64,000 nt of DNA from an uncultured Chloroflexia bacterium (GCA_963725885.1 CAVSAH010000006.1:21828-85827), one strand, 5' to 3'. Numbered from the stretch's first letter, positions 1 to 11,059 are shown. Notes: generated from the letters alone by a model not told the origin. A program made the numbers and translations.

Positions 1-584
1 GGGCCTGGGACGCCGATGCGGGCGCCTGGACGAGCTGTCGGACGACGGGCCCGTCGCGAACGTGGTGACCGGCTTCGGGTGGGATGCCGATCGCGACGTC
101 CTCGTTCGGTACGGCGGGATCCCGATGCCCGAGCAGGCCTGCGAGACCGCGACGTGGGAACGGACGTGCACCAGGTGGGCCGAGATCGAGGCAGATCCGC
201 CCGAGGCGCGACCACCTCGAGCTTGCGCCCGACCCGGTGACTGGGCCGGCTGATCCTCGTCGGTGCAGGCGCAGAACCTGGTGGGCGGCACCCGGGCCGC
301 GCAGCCATCACGGGTTCACGATCGGACCGGCCGGGGCGCTGCTCTTCGGCGGAGCGACCGGGGTGTCGACCTTCGGCTCGCTGGTCGACGAGACGTGGCT
401 CCTTGTCGACGGCGCGTGGACGCAGCACGAGGGCGAGGGCCCATCCGCTCGCGGAATGCCGGCCCTCGGCTATGACCCCAGCCGCGACGTCTACGTCCTG
501 CACGGCGGGTTCAACGCCGAAGGCTCGGAGCTTGCTGACACCTGGGAGTGGGACGGCGCCTGGAGGTGCGTCGCGAGCTGCTAG
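1..584 (+). CDS. Kelch-repeat domain protein, C-terminal part (5' end lies outside the window; frame switch near 260-300)
   Basis: ORF 84..584 carries Kelch-like motifs (GGATGVSTFGSLVDETWLLVDGAWT; DVYVLHGGFNAEGSELADTWEWDGAW). The upstream ORF 62..253, in another frame, also has Kelch-like motifs (VLVRYGG..ETATWER), so the gene is frameshifted. Confidence 0.45.
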
Positions 585-1480
585 AGGCCGGTCAGGACGG
601 GTCCTCGCCGGTGGCGACCGGCCACGCCGGCTGCGGGACCAGTCGCTGTACGAGCCGGGGTAGAGCGGTCGCGATCGGGCTGGCCGGCGACGCGCGGTGG
701 CGAGCGACGCCGCAGGCAGGCGGTCACCCCGCTGACCGCAGGACAGGACCAGCTCACGACGCCGGGCTCACCGTGCCACGGCCGATGACAGGCTGATCGC
801 GCAGCGCCTCGGGCGGAGAGGAAGCGTCCGTCCGGGCCCGAGGTTGCCCGACCCGACCGGGACGGTTCAGCGGGCTCCGGGGATGTGGCCGGCGACCGGG
901 TCGACCGGCTCGACCTCGCCGCGATAGCGCTCCGGGGCGCGAGCGTCGAGCGAGGGTCACGCCGGTCTGGCCCGCCGGGCAGCCGAGGGCTGCTCGCGAT
1001 CGAGCGCGCGGGGCCAGGCGGTCGCGCAGCGGTCAGGCGGCCGCGGCGGGCGGGCGGCGACCGCCTCGGTCTGGAGCGCGCCGCCCGCGGCGACCCAGGC
1101 GCACGCTGCCGCCGTCGAGGAGGCGGACGCACGGGGTGAACCCGAGGTCCGTCGAGCATCCACCAGAGCCGGGCGGCGACGCGTGCCACGCCGGCGTCGT
1201 CGTACGCCGCCGACTTCCGAGTCGGCCGACCCGATGCCGAGCGCGCTCCAGGCGGCCGCGCGAAGATCGCCGCCGGCGCCGGGGAGGGGATGGCGCCCGG
1301 GCCCGTCGTGGCCGCGACAGGTCGACGCTCGAGGTCGACGAAGACCGCGCCGGGCAGATGCGCGGCCTCGTAGTCGCTGCGGCCCTTGCCCGGATCGGTC
1401 AGCCACCAGCGAACGTCGGCGGGGACGACCGCCGGGTTGTCGATACGTTCGAGCAGCTCCTCCGCGCTGATGAGGCTCAT
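581..1480 (-). CDS. Two-domain rhodanese (3-mercaptopyruvate/thiosulfate sulfurtransferase, SseA-like), split over at least three frames
   Basis: MSLISAEELLERIDNPAVV..VRWWLTDPGKGRSDYEAAHLPGAVFVDLE in ORF 581..1876. GRHPLP..ALGIGSADSEV..ARLWWMLDG..WVAAGGALQTE in ORF 957..1541. A CGSGVTAC-like catalytic motif (SGVTAC) appears further downstream in a third frame. Confidence 0.5.
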   Translation of the reverse strand: MSLISAEELLERIDNPAVVPADVRWWLTDPGKGRSDYEAAHLPGAVFVDLERRPVAATTGPGAIPSPAPAAIFARPPGARSASGRPTRKSAAYDDAGVARVAARLWWMLDGPRVHPVRPPPRRRQRAPGSPRAARSRPRRSPPARRGRLTAARPPGPARSIASSPRLPGGPDRRDPRSTLAPRSAIAARSSRSTRSPATSPEPAEPSRSGRATSGPDGRFLSARGAARSACHRPWHGEPGVVSWSCPAVSGVTACLRRRSPPRVAGQPDRDRSTPARTATGPAAGVAGRHRRGPVLTGL

Positions 1481-1488
1481 GGATGGGC

Positions 1489-1880
1489 TCAGAACGGCTT
1501 GAGCACCATGAGCGTGATGATCGCGAGCAGGCCGATGCCACCGACCGCGGCGAGCACCTGCGGCCGCGGCAGCGCCTTGCGGATCCCGACGTAGTAGTTG
1601 GTGCCGTAGGCGTACATCACGGCGATGATGACGACCAGGATCCCGAGCGAGATCCAGATCCACAGGAGTATCCCCCATCAACCCGCCGCGATCCCGGCCA
1701 GCAGCAGGATGATCAGCGACGGATACATCAGCCCGAGGCTCAGCCCCGAGAGCTCCAGGCAGGCCGTGACGTTCTCGCGCGTCGGGTTCGAGCGGGCGCG
1801 AAAGGCTGCGAACGTGCTCACACCGTGGGCGAAGACGAAGCCGAAGGCGCCGAGGACATGCGCGAGGACGATCCACGGAC
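1489..1880 (-). pseudogene. Small integral membrane protein, paralog of 54819..55286; contains an in-frame TGA at a Trp position and has no clean start codon
   Basis: Minus-strand frame reads ..PWIVLAHVLGAFGFVFAHGVSTFAAFRAR..LLLAGIAAG*WGILLWIWISLGILVVIIAVMYAYG..LKPF*. This aligns with MYPWVVFLHVAGVFGFLLAHG..NWWRMAWIWVSLG..LFKPF at 54.8 kb. The TGA sits where the paralog has TGG. Confidence 0.4.
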
Positions 1881-2621
1881 TACCAGTTCATCGGTCGGTG
1901 ACCTCCTCGGGCGCCGACGGCGTTGATGGCGGATCGGCGGGAGAGTGTCACCAGGCGCGCTTGATGCTTCGGGATGGCGCGGGCGACGAGAGCGACGCTC
2001 AGGACGAAGATGACGATCGTCGCCGCGATGCCGAACGCGATCGCGAGGCCGCCGCCGACGCCGAGCACGAGCGCGATCACCGCCACGAGCAGGCCGCCGA
2101 CCATGCTGTTGATGAGCCCGATCATGCCCGCCGAGGTCGTCAGCGCGTACCAGGCCGTCCCCAGCACGCTCGCGTCCGCATCGTCGTCGTAGGCCATGGT
2201 CACGCTCAGGATGTCGTCGTGGGTGGCCGACGTGAAGTAGCGCTCGAGGTAGAGGCGCCGCCTCGATGTAGGCGTGGCGTATGCGCGCCATCGCATGCAT
2301 CGCGCGGAGGTCATCGACGTTGGCTCCGCCGATGCGTCCCAGCGCGGTTGCCCCGATCACGAAATCGAAGGCCAGGACGATCGCGACGATGGTCAGGAAG
2401 TCGTCGTTGAAGCCCAGCGCCTGGGCGAGGAGGGCCAGGCCGACGAACGACATCGACAGGAAGCTCAGGAACATCCCGCCCCGGGTGAAGGCCTCGTTGT
2501 AGGCCAGCGAGCGGGCCGACAGCTGGCTCCAGTGCTCCGTTGCGAGCATCTGGATCGCGCGCGGATCGTCGATCGACGTGATCGGCTTGGGGTCGCTCGC
2601 GGTCGGTGGCGACGAGGCCAT
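1880..2621 (-). CDS. Hypothetical polytopic membrane protein (paralog A), frameshift near 2270
   Basis: MASSPPTASDPKPITSIDDPRAIQMLATEHWSQLSARSLAYNEAFTRGGMFLSFLS.. in ORF 1818..2699 continues as ..THDDILSVTMAYD..hydrophobic helices..PMNW* in ORF 1880..2314. Confidence 0.5.
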
Positions 2622-2719
2622 GGCGCGAGCATAGGACAGCCGGAGCACTCGGAGCGGCCGATGCCGCGCCGTGCGCACGGGTAGCATCGGTCTCGACACC
2701 CGTGGCCCAGGAGCTGGAT

Positions 2720-3497
2720 ATGACGTACGACCGCATGCCGGGACCGATGGGGGGCGAGGCGATGCCGCCCTCGACCTCCGAGGACGGCACCGACCGCGAG
2801 CCGACGCCGGTCGGCATTCGGCTCCAGATCCTCAGCACCGAGCACTGGAGCCTGCTCGCGACGCGCAACCTCGCCTACGGAGTCATTCGCGCGCGCCGGG
2901 ATGTTTCTGTCGGCGCTCTCCGGCGCGATCGTGGCCTTGGCCCTCGTGGCCCAGGCAACCGCGTTCGGATCGGAGTTCCTCCTATTCGGGGTGGTGATCC
3001 TGCCGGTCGTCCTGTTCATTGGATTCTCGACGTTCGTCCGGCTCGGACTGGCCAACGACCACGACGCGATCACGGTCATCGGCATGAATCGGATTCGGAG
3101 TGCCTACGTCGAGATCGCTCCCGAGGTCGAGCCATACCTGGTCATGGGCTGGCACGACGACGTCGAGAGCCTCAGCGTGACGATGGGCGCCTCGCCGTGG
3201 CGCAATCCGGTCGACATCCTCGTGTCGGGGCCGTTCGTGATCGGCACGATCAACGCCGTCGTGGCGGGCGCCATCGCCGCGATGGTCGCCGCGCTGCTCG
3301 CGCTCTCGACCGCCGCGACCGTGGGGGCCGGGGTGATCGTCGCCCTCTTCGTCCTGGTCGCCCAGATCATCGGTGCCATGCGCAGCATCAGGGGCCTCAC
3401 CGCGAACTACCAACCGCGGTTCGCCGGAGGGGCCGACGAGAGCTCGCTGTTCCGCGGCCCTGGCGCCGATGCTGGGCCGGGCGACGAGGGCGTCTGA
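2720..3497 (+). CDS. Hypothetical polytopic membrane protein (paralog B, divergent from paralog A), one-base insertion near 2879
   Basis: ..IRLQILSTEHWSLLATRNLAYG then a +1 shift to ESFARAGMFLSALSGAIVALALVAQ..WHDDVESLSVTMGASPW.. (ORF 2901..3497). It is collinear with paralog A. Confidence 0.5.
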
Positions 3498-3502
3498 CCG
3501 TC

Positions 3503-3891
3503 ATGGCTGCCTGGGCGCCTGACGCTCGCGTGGACGCGTACATCGACGCCCTGCCCGCCTGGCAGCAGGAGATCTGCCGCGAGGTGCGCGAGATCGCCCA
3601 CGAAGCCGATGCTGAGCTGATCGAGACCATCAAGCGCAATGTGCAGCCGTACTTCGTGCTCGAGGGCAACGTCGCGGCCCTCCTCGCGGCCAAGGACCAC
3701 GTCAACGTCTTCATCTACGACCCGCTCGTGACGGTATCCGGAGGCGATCATCACGCATGGGCACGGGAACGAGACCGGCCGGCAGATCTGGATCAACGAG
3801 GGTGATCCCATCAACCGCCCGGCGCTCCTCGCCATGTTCCGCGAGATCATCGCGCGCAACCGAGCCGGCGGCTGGCGGAAGTTCGTCTAGG
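3503..3891 (+). CDS. DUF1801-like (YdhG-like) domain protein, frameshift near 3745
   Basis: MAAWAPDARVDAYIDALPAWQQEICREVREIAHEADAELIETIKRNVQPYFVLEGNVAALLAAKDHVNVFIYDP. The C-terminus in an alternate frame reads ITHGHGNETGRQIWINEGDPINRPALLAMFREIIARNRAGGWRKFV*. Confidence 0.5.
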
Positions 3892-4330
3892 GAGCGGCGC
3901 CGAGCTGTCGCATGATCGCGAGTGGATCGTGGGTGTGCCAATGCTCGACGACGCGCCCCTCGGCGATGCGGAAGAAGTGCATCTCGGCGCTCGTGTAGCG
4001 CTTGCCCTTCGCATCGGCGACGCCCATGAACTCGCCGGTCGGCGTGGCGCTCGACGTGAGGCGCACCGCGACCAGGTCACTCTCGGCAACCAGGTCCTCG
4101 ATCCGGAACTCGACGTTGGTCAGGCTGCCGTGCACCTTGGACATGGCTGCCTCGAGCGCCGCGGGCCCGTTCTCGGTGATGCCGAACGTGTGCGAGACGA
4201 ACTCGGGACCGACGAGCTCGTCGATCGGGCCGGCGTGACCGGCTTCGAAGATCTCTTCCACGAAGCGGCGCACGACCGCCTTCATGGCGCTCAGGTGAAT
4301 CTGGTCGGAGAGCAGTGTCGTGGTTCCCAT
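3887..4330 (-). CDS. SnoaL-like / ester cyclase family protein (NTF2-like fold)
   Basis: Intact 147-aa ORF: AVVRRFVEEIFEAGHAGPIDELVGPEFVSHTF..GRVVEHWHTHDPLAIMRQLG. Confidence 0.6.
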   Translation of the reverse strand: MGTTTLLSDQIHLSAMKAVVRRFVEEIFEAGHAGPIDELVGPEFVSHTFGITENGPAALEAAMSKVHGSLTNVEFRIEDLVAESDLVAVRLTSSATPTGEFMGVADAKGKRYTSAEMHFFRIAEGRVVEHWHTHDPLAIMRQLGAAP

Positions 4331-4395
4331 CGTGGGCCCTGAGATGCACGCGGCGTGCCTCGATCGGATTGCGGCGTATCGGGCAATATCGGTCC

Positions 4396-6735
4396 ATGAC
4401 GAAGGAGACCCCCGACTGGGGCGCCATCGAGGTGCGCGGCGCCCGCGAGAACAACCTGCGCGACGTCAGCCTGGACCTCCCCAAGCGGCGCCTCACCGTC
4501 TTCACGGGCGTCTCGGGCTCGGGCAAGTCCAGCCTGGTGTTCGAGACGATCGCGGCCGAGTCGCAGCGCCTGATCAACGAGACGTACTCGGCCTTCGTCC
4601 AGGGCTTCATGGCCACGCCGCCCCGACCCGACGTCGACCAGCTCGGCAACCTGACGCTGGCGATCATCGTCTGACCAGGAGCGCATGGGCATCAACGCGC
4701 GCTCGACGGTGGGCACCGTGACCGATGCCTACGACATGCTGCGGGTCATCTTCAGCCGCCTCGGCGAGCCGCACGTCGGCCCCGCCAGCGCCTTCAGCTT
4801 CAACGTTCCGGCCGGCACGATCAGCGGCGAGATCACGCTCGAACGTAAGGGCGGCCAGACCGAGGTGCGCGAGATCACGGTCGCCGGGGGCATGTGCGCG
4901 GAGTGCGAGGGACTCGGCCGCGTCTCGAGGGTCGACATCGACGCGCTGGTGGACCGCAACAAGTCCCTCAACGAGGGCGCCATCACGTTCCCGGGCTTCG
5001 GTGTCGGCACGTGGTACCACCGATCTTCACCGATTCGGGCTTCTTCGATAACGACAAGCCGCTGCGCGACTTCACCGATGCCGAATGGGAGCGCTTCCTC
5101 CACGGCCCCGAGGCCAAGGTCAAGACCGAGCTGGTGAACATGACCTACGAGGGCCTCGTCGACAAGATCCGCAGCCGGTACCTCATCAAGGACGTCGAGT
5201 CGCTCCAGCCGACCCTCCGCGCGGCCGTCGAGCGCATCGCGACCTTCACGGCCTGCCCCTCGTGCGGCGGCACGCGGCTGAATGCCGCGGCGCGGTCGTC
5301 ACTGGTCGGCGGCAGGAACATCGCCGAGGTCTCGGCGATGCAGATCAGCGATCTCGCCGAGTGGCTGCGCACCCTGGACGAGCCGGGCGCGAAGCCGATG
5401 CTCGACCAGCTCGGCGCGGTCCTCGACAACTTCGTGCGCATCGGCCTCGGCTACCTGTCGCTCGACCGCGAGTCTTCGACGCTGTCGGGGGGCGAGGCGC
5501 AGCGGACGAAGATGGTCCGCCACCTCGGCTCGTCCCTGACCGACGTGACCTACGTCTTCGACGAGCCCACGATCGGGCTTCACGCTCACGACGTGCAGCA
5601 GATGAACGAGCTGCTCCAGCGGCTGCGGGACAAGGGCAACACCGTCCTCGTGGTCGAGCACGACCCCGAGGTGATGCGCATCGCCGACCACGTGGTGGAC
5701 ATGGGACCGGGCGCGGGCACCCACGGCGGCGAGATCGTGTACGAGGGCTCGTCGCCGGCCTGCGCCGGCTCGGGCACGCTCACCGGGCAGCATCTCGAGG
5801 TGCGGCAGGCCATGAAGACCGATGTCCGCACGCCGAGCGGCACGATCCCCATCCGCAACGCCTCGCTCCACAACCTGCGTGACGTGTCGGTGGACGTGCC
5901 GACTGGCGTCCTGGTCGCCGTGACCGGAGTGGCGGGCTCGGGCAAGAGCTCGCTCATCCGCGGCTGCATGCCCCGCACCGATCCGTCGGTCACCTTCATC
6001 GACCAGTCGGCCATCCGCGGCTCGCGCCGATCGAACCCGGCGACCTACACCGGCATCCTCGACCCGATTCGCAAGGCGTTCGCATCGGCCAATGGGGTGA
6101 AGCCCGCGCTGTTCAGCGCCAACTCGGAGGGTGCCTGCCCGGAGTGCAAGGGCCTCGGGCTGATCTACACCGACCTCGCCTTCATGGCGGGAGTCGTCAG
6201 CGTCTGCGAGGTGTGCGAGGGCCGCCGATTCACCGATGAGGTCCTCGGCTACCGGCTGCGCGACAGGAACATCGCCGAGGTGCTCGACATGGCGGTCGAG
6301 GAGGCCGCCGAGTTCTTCACCGAGAAGCCGGTGCGCGTCATGCTCGACCGCCTCGCCGACGTGGGCCTCGGCTACATCACCCTCGGCCAGATGCTCAACA
6401 CGCTGTCGGGCGGAGAGCGGCAGCGCCTCAAGCTCGCGATCGAGATGAGCGGCGACTCGGACGTCTACGTCCTCGACGAGCCGACCTCGGGCCTCCATCT
6501 CCATGATGTGGACAACCTCATCGGGCTCCTGGATCGGCTGGTCGAATCGGGGCGCACGGTGGTCGTCATCGAGCACAACCTCGACGTGGTGGCGCGATCC
6601 GACTGGGTGATCGACCTCGGTCCGGGCGCCGGGCACGACGGCGGCCAGGTCGTGTTCAGCGGGCCTCCCGCGGCCCTGGCCGAGGCGACCGGCTCGCTCA
6701 CCGGTGAGCATCTCGCGCGTCGCGGCGCTGGCTAA
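4396..6735 (+). CDS. UvrA-like ABC ATPase paralog (excinuclease ABC subunit A family). The reading frame leaves at about 4672 and returns at about 5020, a compensating pair of indels.
   Basis: MTKETPDWGAIEVRGARENNLRDVSLDLPKRRLTVFTGVSGSGKSSLVFETIAAE; ..NARSTVGTVTDAYDMLRVIFSRLG; zinc-finger motifs CAECEGLGR, CPSCGGTR, CPECKGLG and CEVCEGRRF; signature LSGGEAQR / LSGGERQR; a second Walker A GVAGSGKSSL. Confidence 0.7.
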
Positions 6736-6738
6736 GAG

Positions 6739-7225
6739 CTAGGGCGTCTCCTCGGAGGGCTCTGGCGTGGGAACCGGCGGATCCGGGGTGGGTTGCGGCG
6801 TCGGCTCGGGCGTCGGGACCGGTGTCGGCGGCTGAGCGGTGGGCGCCGGGGTCGCCGGACGAGGAGTTGTGGCGTGGCGTGCTCGTCGGCGTTCCAGGGC
6901 CCGCGGTCGGCGCCGCGGTCGAGGGAACCCGCTTCTCGCCCGTCCCGCTGCTCCGCTGCCATTGCCGGCCCGCCGCCACCGCTGCTCCCTCCCGGGTTCG
7001 AGTCGTCGCCGGTAGGCGGGGGGTCGGCGGAAGCCCCCTCGGAAGCGTCCGATGAGGGCGCGGGCTCATGCGACGCCGGATCGGACGAGATCGGCTCGGC
7101 CGCCTCGCTGGCCGCCGGAGCGGCGCTGGAGGCTGACTCCGTCCCGTCGACCGGGCCCGAGGTGATGATCGCGACGGCGAAGACGATGACCGCCAGGCCG
7201 GCGACCGCGTGGGTTCGCGTGAGCA
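6739..7225 (-). CDS. Secreted or membrane-anchored low-complexity Pro/Thr/Ser-rich protein (frame uncertain)
   Basis: N-terminus MLTRTHAVAGLAVIVFAVAIITSG (signal/anchor) followed by an S/A/P/E-rich region. The 3' end reads APTAQPPTPVPTPEPTPQPTPDPPVPTPEPSEETP* in another frame, with stop TAG at 6739-6741. Confidence 0.3.
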
Positions 7226-7478
7226 TCGGATCGTCCTGTGCACGGGGGCCGCGATGAGCGCGCGGAGAGTACATGCCAGGCGCTTGGCCGCACAATGTGA
7301 CGATCTGCGACCGCGGATGGGCCCTCCGGCATAGCGCGTGGCCGGCCAAGGAAGGGCCGTCGTGCCTCAAGGGTCTTGGGCGCGGTACAGACCGCACGAC
7401 TGGATCGACGCCACGAACGTCGTGCTGCACCCAGCAACCCTGACAGCGGATGGGAGAGCCGGGTCCGAAGGCCGGGCC

Positions 7479-8174
7479 CTACCGATCGCGGAGGAAGAGC
7501 ACCTCGGCGCCGATGGGCCGATAGCCAGCCGCCAGGAACGCGCGCAGCGAGGCCACGTTGCCGGGCGCGACCTGGGCGTAGAGCGGCTCACCGGTGTCGA
7601 CGAGCGTCAGCGCCGCGCGGGCAAGGTCGGCCCCCACGCCATGGCCGCGGTGCTCGGGGAAGACCTCGATGCTCACCTCGAGCCGCTCTGCCAGTCCGCG
7701 ACCGATCACGACCAGCCCCCGCTGATCCGCGTCGGTGAAGACGCGGACGTCCGCCCGGTACCGATGCGCACGTGCGACCCGCTCATGGTCGGCCGCGTCG
7801 CCCTCGAACGGCGAGAGGCGCAGGGCCTTGGGAGAGGCCCATCCGGGATGCGCGACGAGCACGACGTCGATGTCGCCCGGCTCGGTCTTCAGCTGCTTGC
7901 CGAGCCAGGCAAGGAACGCGGTGCTCATCGGTGCCGAGGGCTCGTCCTTGGGGAGCCGGCGCCGGACCGCGGCCTCGCCCACATCGGCGGCCACGACGGC
8001 ATGGCTGGTGAAGGCGACGACCGCATCTGCCCGTCCGGGCGGTGACGGCATAACGGTCACGCTGCCGTCCGCTGGCGGGAATCGGTCCTGGGCGGCCTCG
8101 GCGAGGATGGCCGCCAGCGGATGCTCCGGCTCGGGCTCCGGCTGCCGGCACCGGCTCGGGCCGCTGCTTCGGCT
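7479..8174 (-). CDS. GNAT family N-acetyltransferase (start uncertain)
   Basis: EVFPEHRGHGVGADLARAALTLV..LYAQVAPGNVASLRAFLAAGYRPIGAEVLF, plus an upstream region EHPLAAILAEAAQDRFPPADGSVTVMPSPPGRADAVVAFTSHAVVAADV typical of this GNAT subfamily. Confidence 0.5.
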   Translation of the reverse strand, partial: SRSSGPSRCRQPEPEPEHPLAAILAEAAQDRFPPADGSVTVMPSPPGRADAVVAFTSHAVVAADVGEAAVRRRLPKDEPSAPMSTAFLAWLGKQLKTEPGDIDVVLVAHPGWASPKALRLSPFEGDAADHERVARAHRYRADVRVFTDADQRGLVVIGRGLAERLEVSIEVFPEHRGHGVGADLARAALTLVDTGEPLYAQVAPGNVASLRAFLAAGYRPIGAEVLFLRDR

Positions 8175-8214
8175 CCGACTTCGGAGTCGCTCGGCTGGGG
8201 CGAGGACGCGGCAG

Positions 8215-8455
8215 CGGGCGGACGGTCGTGCGCCGGGCCTCGGGAAGCGCGTCGCGCACCGCCGCCAGCGTGGGGTAAGGGCCCTGGACGATCTGCTGCC
8301 CGAACTCATCGGCCTGGGTCGTGTCGACCACGAACCAGCCGGTGCCGCCCTCCTGCACCTCGAAGCGCTCGTCGCGCGGACCGATACGCGCCGGCGCGCA
8401 CCCGCTTCAGCTCGTTCGGATCATCCGACGCGTCGGGCTTCGCCTTCTTCGGCAT
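8215..8455 (-). CDS. Small hypothetical protein, frameshifted near 8395; 3' end uncertain
   Basis: MPKKAKPDASDDPNELKRVRAG.. then a shift to ..DERFEVQEGGTGWFVVDTTQADEFGQQIVQGPYPTLAAVRDALPEARR (ORF 7783..8358). Confidence 0.3.
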
Positions 8456-8473
8456 GGTCGTAAGTGTGCCCGC

Positions 8474-9511
8474 TCAGGCGGACTCGGCGCTCGGGGGAAC
8501 GGCCGGGATGGCCGCGGCGGCCTCGTCGGCGACGTCGGTGAGCGAGATGCTCAGGTAGCCCACGGCCGCGGCCCCCACGATGGCGAACGGGATGGTCACG
8601 ATGGCGTGGGTCAGCAGGGCCATGGCCAGCGCCTCGTGGGCCTCCACGCCGAGCGCGGTGAGCGCCACCACCGCGGCCGCCTCGAAGGTCCCGATGTTCG
8701 CCGGCGCCGACGGGATGGAGGTCCCCAGGCTCGCCACCGCCGCCACCAGGATCGCGGCCGAGATCCGGATGTCGATGCCGAGCGACTGCGCGGCCAGCCA
8801 GAACGTGGCGGCGACGAAGGCCCACGTCGCGGCACTCAGCACGTAGGCGACGCCGAGGGATCCCCAGCCCCCGCCGCTTGCGCCCTCGCCGAAGTGTGAG
8901 AGCTGCGCGAACACCGCCCTGACTCGGCCGCTGCGCGCCCCGAGGAGTCGCTCCAGCCCCTCGACGCCGCGCGTGATCCCCGAGGCCACGAGGACGACGA
9001 CGAGCACGACGCCGATGACCGTGGCGATGATCGTGCCGCGCACGATCCACTCCGGCGCACCGACCTGGACTGCGGCCAGCGCCGCCAGGGGAGCGAGGCT
9101 GGCGAGGTCGAGGACGCGCTCGAGCACGACCGAGCCGAGCACCGGGGCAAAGGCGATCTGCTCGCGCCGGGCCAGCAGCAAGGCACGGACCGGCTCGCCC
9201 AGCCGGGCCGGGAGGACGAGGTTGGCGAGATAGCCGGCCAGGAGCACCGGCATGACGCGCCGCGCGGCGGGGCGCTTCCCGTCGGGGCGGAGCGGCAGGA
9301 CGGCGCGCCATCGATACGTGCGCAGGACGATCTGCGCCGGGACCAGCAGCAGTGTCGTCGCCACGATCCACAGGTTCGTGCGCGTCAGCGCCTCGATCGT
9401 TTCCCCGATGTCGATGAGGGTGACGAGCATCGCCACCGCCACGATGCTGATGACGAGGCCCAGCACGCCGGTGCCGATGCGCCGCGCCCGCGCCCTGGGC
9501 ACGCCCTGCAT
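8474..9511 (-). CDS. Lysylphosphatidylglycerol-synthase transmembrane-region-like (flippase-like, UPF0104) membrane protein
   Basis: Intact 345-aa ORF with 7-8 hydrophobic helices and the characteristic RTYRWRAVL..LLAGYLANLVLPARLGEPVRALLLAR motif. Confidence 0.6.
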   Translation of the reverse strand: MQGVPRARARRIGTGVLGLVISIVAVAMLVTLIDIGETIEALTRTNLWIVATTLLLVPAQIVLRTYRWRAVLPLRPDGKRPAARRVMPVLLAGYLANLVLPARLGEPVRALLLARREQIAFAPVLGSVVLERVLDLASLAPLAALAAVQVGAPEWIVRGTIIATVIGVVLVVVLVASGITRGVEGLERLLGARSGRVRAVFAQLSHFGEGASGGGWGSLGVAYVLSAATWAFVAATFWLAAQSLGIDIRISAAILVAAVASLGTSIPSAPANIGTFEAAAVVALTALGVEAHEALAMALLTHAIVTIPFAIVGAAAVGYLSISLTDVADEAAAAIPAVPPSAESA

Positions 9512-9559
9512 GGGTCAGCCGGCTCCGGTCGTCAGCATCGGCTCAGTATCGGTCCTGCG

Positions 9560-11017
9560 TCAGCACTCCAGCACGGGCGACTCGTCGAGCGGAGGCGGGC
9601 CGGTGAATGCGTCGGCGACCTCGGCCCGCAGGCGGGCGATCTCGGCCTCGTTCAGGGTCGGGTTGTGGATGTCGAACAGGACGTGGCTCTCCACCGGCCC
9701 GGGGTCGATCCGCATCATCTCCGGCACGTCCTCGAGGGGCAGGTTCGTCCACAGCGTGTCGCGCGCAACCTGGAGGATCGACGGCAGGTTGAACAGCAGG
9801 TTGCAGCTCAGCTCCTGGCCGAGCGCGCGGATGACGGTCTGCTGGCGGGCCATGCGCGACACGTCGCCGTCCTGGTGTCGCGTCCGCGCGTACGCGAGCG
9901 CGTGCCAGCCGTCCATGTCCTGCACGCCGACGGGGAAGTAGACCTCGTGGACGGTCACGCCATCGGGATCCGGGTACTCCGCGTCGTAGACCTCGGCCGG
10001 GACGTCGACGGTGATGCCACCCACCGCGTCGACCATCGCCACGAACCCGTTGAGATCGACGACCGCCATGCCGTCGAGCGTCACGTCGAAGAGTGTCTCG
10101 ACCGCCCCGCTCACGGCCGACCAGCCCTTCAGCTCGCCCTCGCCGGGGAACAGGTCGGGGTTCTGAAGGGCGAAGACGAACAGCGCGTTGATCGGCTCGA
10201 CCAGGCAGCCGCACGTGAAGTTCGATGCCGCGGGCTCGGGCAACGGCACGTTGTACGTGTAGCGCGGGAGGCTGAATGCGGCGATCCGTCCGGTGTCGAT
10301 GTCGACGCTGACGAGGATGATCGCGTCCGCGCGCTGGCTCCACCGCCCGGGGCCGGCGTCGGAGCCGATGAGCAGCACGTTGAGCCGCCCGTCAGCGGCC
10401 CACGTCGGGGGTGGCGTCGGGGTTGGCACGGGCGTGGGCGTCGGTGCCGGTGTCGGGGCGGCATCGCTGGGCCGTGGCGTCGCGTCGTCGGGCGTTGGAG
10501 GTGGTGGCGTCTCGCCGCTGCCCGGACCCGGACGGGTCGAAGACCGCGACCAAGGTCTCGCGGGCGCTCCAGCCAACGTAGGCGGCGTATGCGTGCATCG
10601 CGAACGTCGCGAGCAGGAGGCCGACCAGGACCATCACCGACACGGCCCGCAGCGCGGCCGAACGGCCGTCGACCCTGGCGATCGCGCCCGATGCGATAGG
10701 CGTCGATGATCGCCCAGAGCCGGTAGACACCGAACGCCACGATCAGCGCGACGATGGCACCCAGCAGCGTCGGGTCGAACAGGATGTCCAGGATGAGGCC
10801 GCGGTTCGTGAACCACGTGCCGATGACCGCGCCCGCCACGAGGAGCACGGGGCAGCGCGATGAGAAGGCCCCGCGTGCGTGCTCCGGCCCACGCCTGGCC
10901 GAGCCCGGGGATCAGGAAGGAGAGGGAGCTCGCGATGGCGCCCGACAGCGGAACTGGCGCCGTACCCCCCTCGTCGGCCTCGTCGAGGTCGACGTCATAC
11001 GGATGCATCGGGCGCAT
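9560..11017 (-). CDS. LytR-CpsA-Psr (LCP) family cell-envelope protein with N-terminal transmembrane segment; multiple frameshifts
   Basis: LCP core LNVLLIGSDAGPGRWSQRADAIILVSVDIDTGRIAAFSLPRYTY..GWHALAYARTRH (ORF 9560..10576). The N-terminus MRPMHPYDVDLD..IPGLGQAWAGARTRG (10634..11017) and transmembrane segments LLVAGAVIGTWF.., VSVMVLVGLLLATF are scattered over three frames. Confidence 0.6.
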
Positions 11018-11059
11018 CGTAGCGGCGGATCGAGATGCGTGCGCGGGCCGGACGCCTTC

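Noticed and set aside
1685-1687. In-frame TGA read as a possible selenocysteine or programmed readthrough site
   Set aside because: The paralog has TGG (Trp) at the aligned position. No SECIS-like hairpin is evident downstream and the genome is otherwise error-rich, so a substitution error or nonsense mutation is the simpler explanation.
5299-6711. 470-aa minus-strand ORF
   Set aside because: It is antisense to the UvrA-like ATPase and its composition is low-complexity.
7243-7478. Possible small gene or RNA in the 235-bp gap between the PT-rich protein and the GNAT gene
   Set aside because: There is no ORF with protein-like composition, no recognisable RNA motif and no start-codon context. 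It is most likely a plain intergenic spacer.
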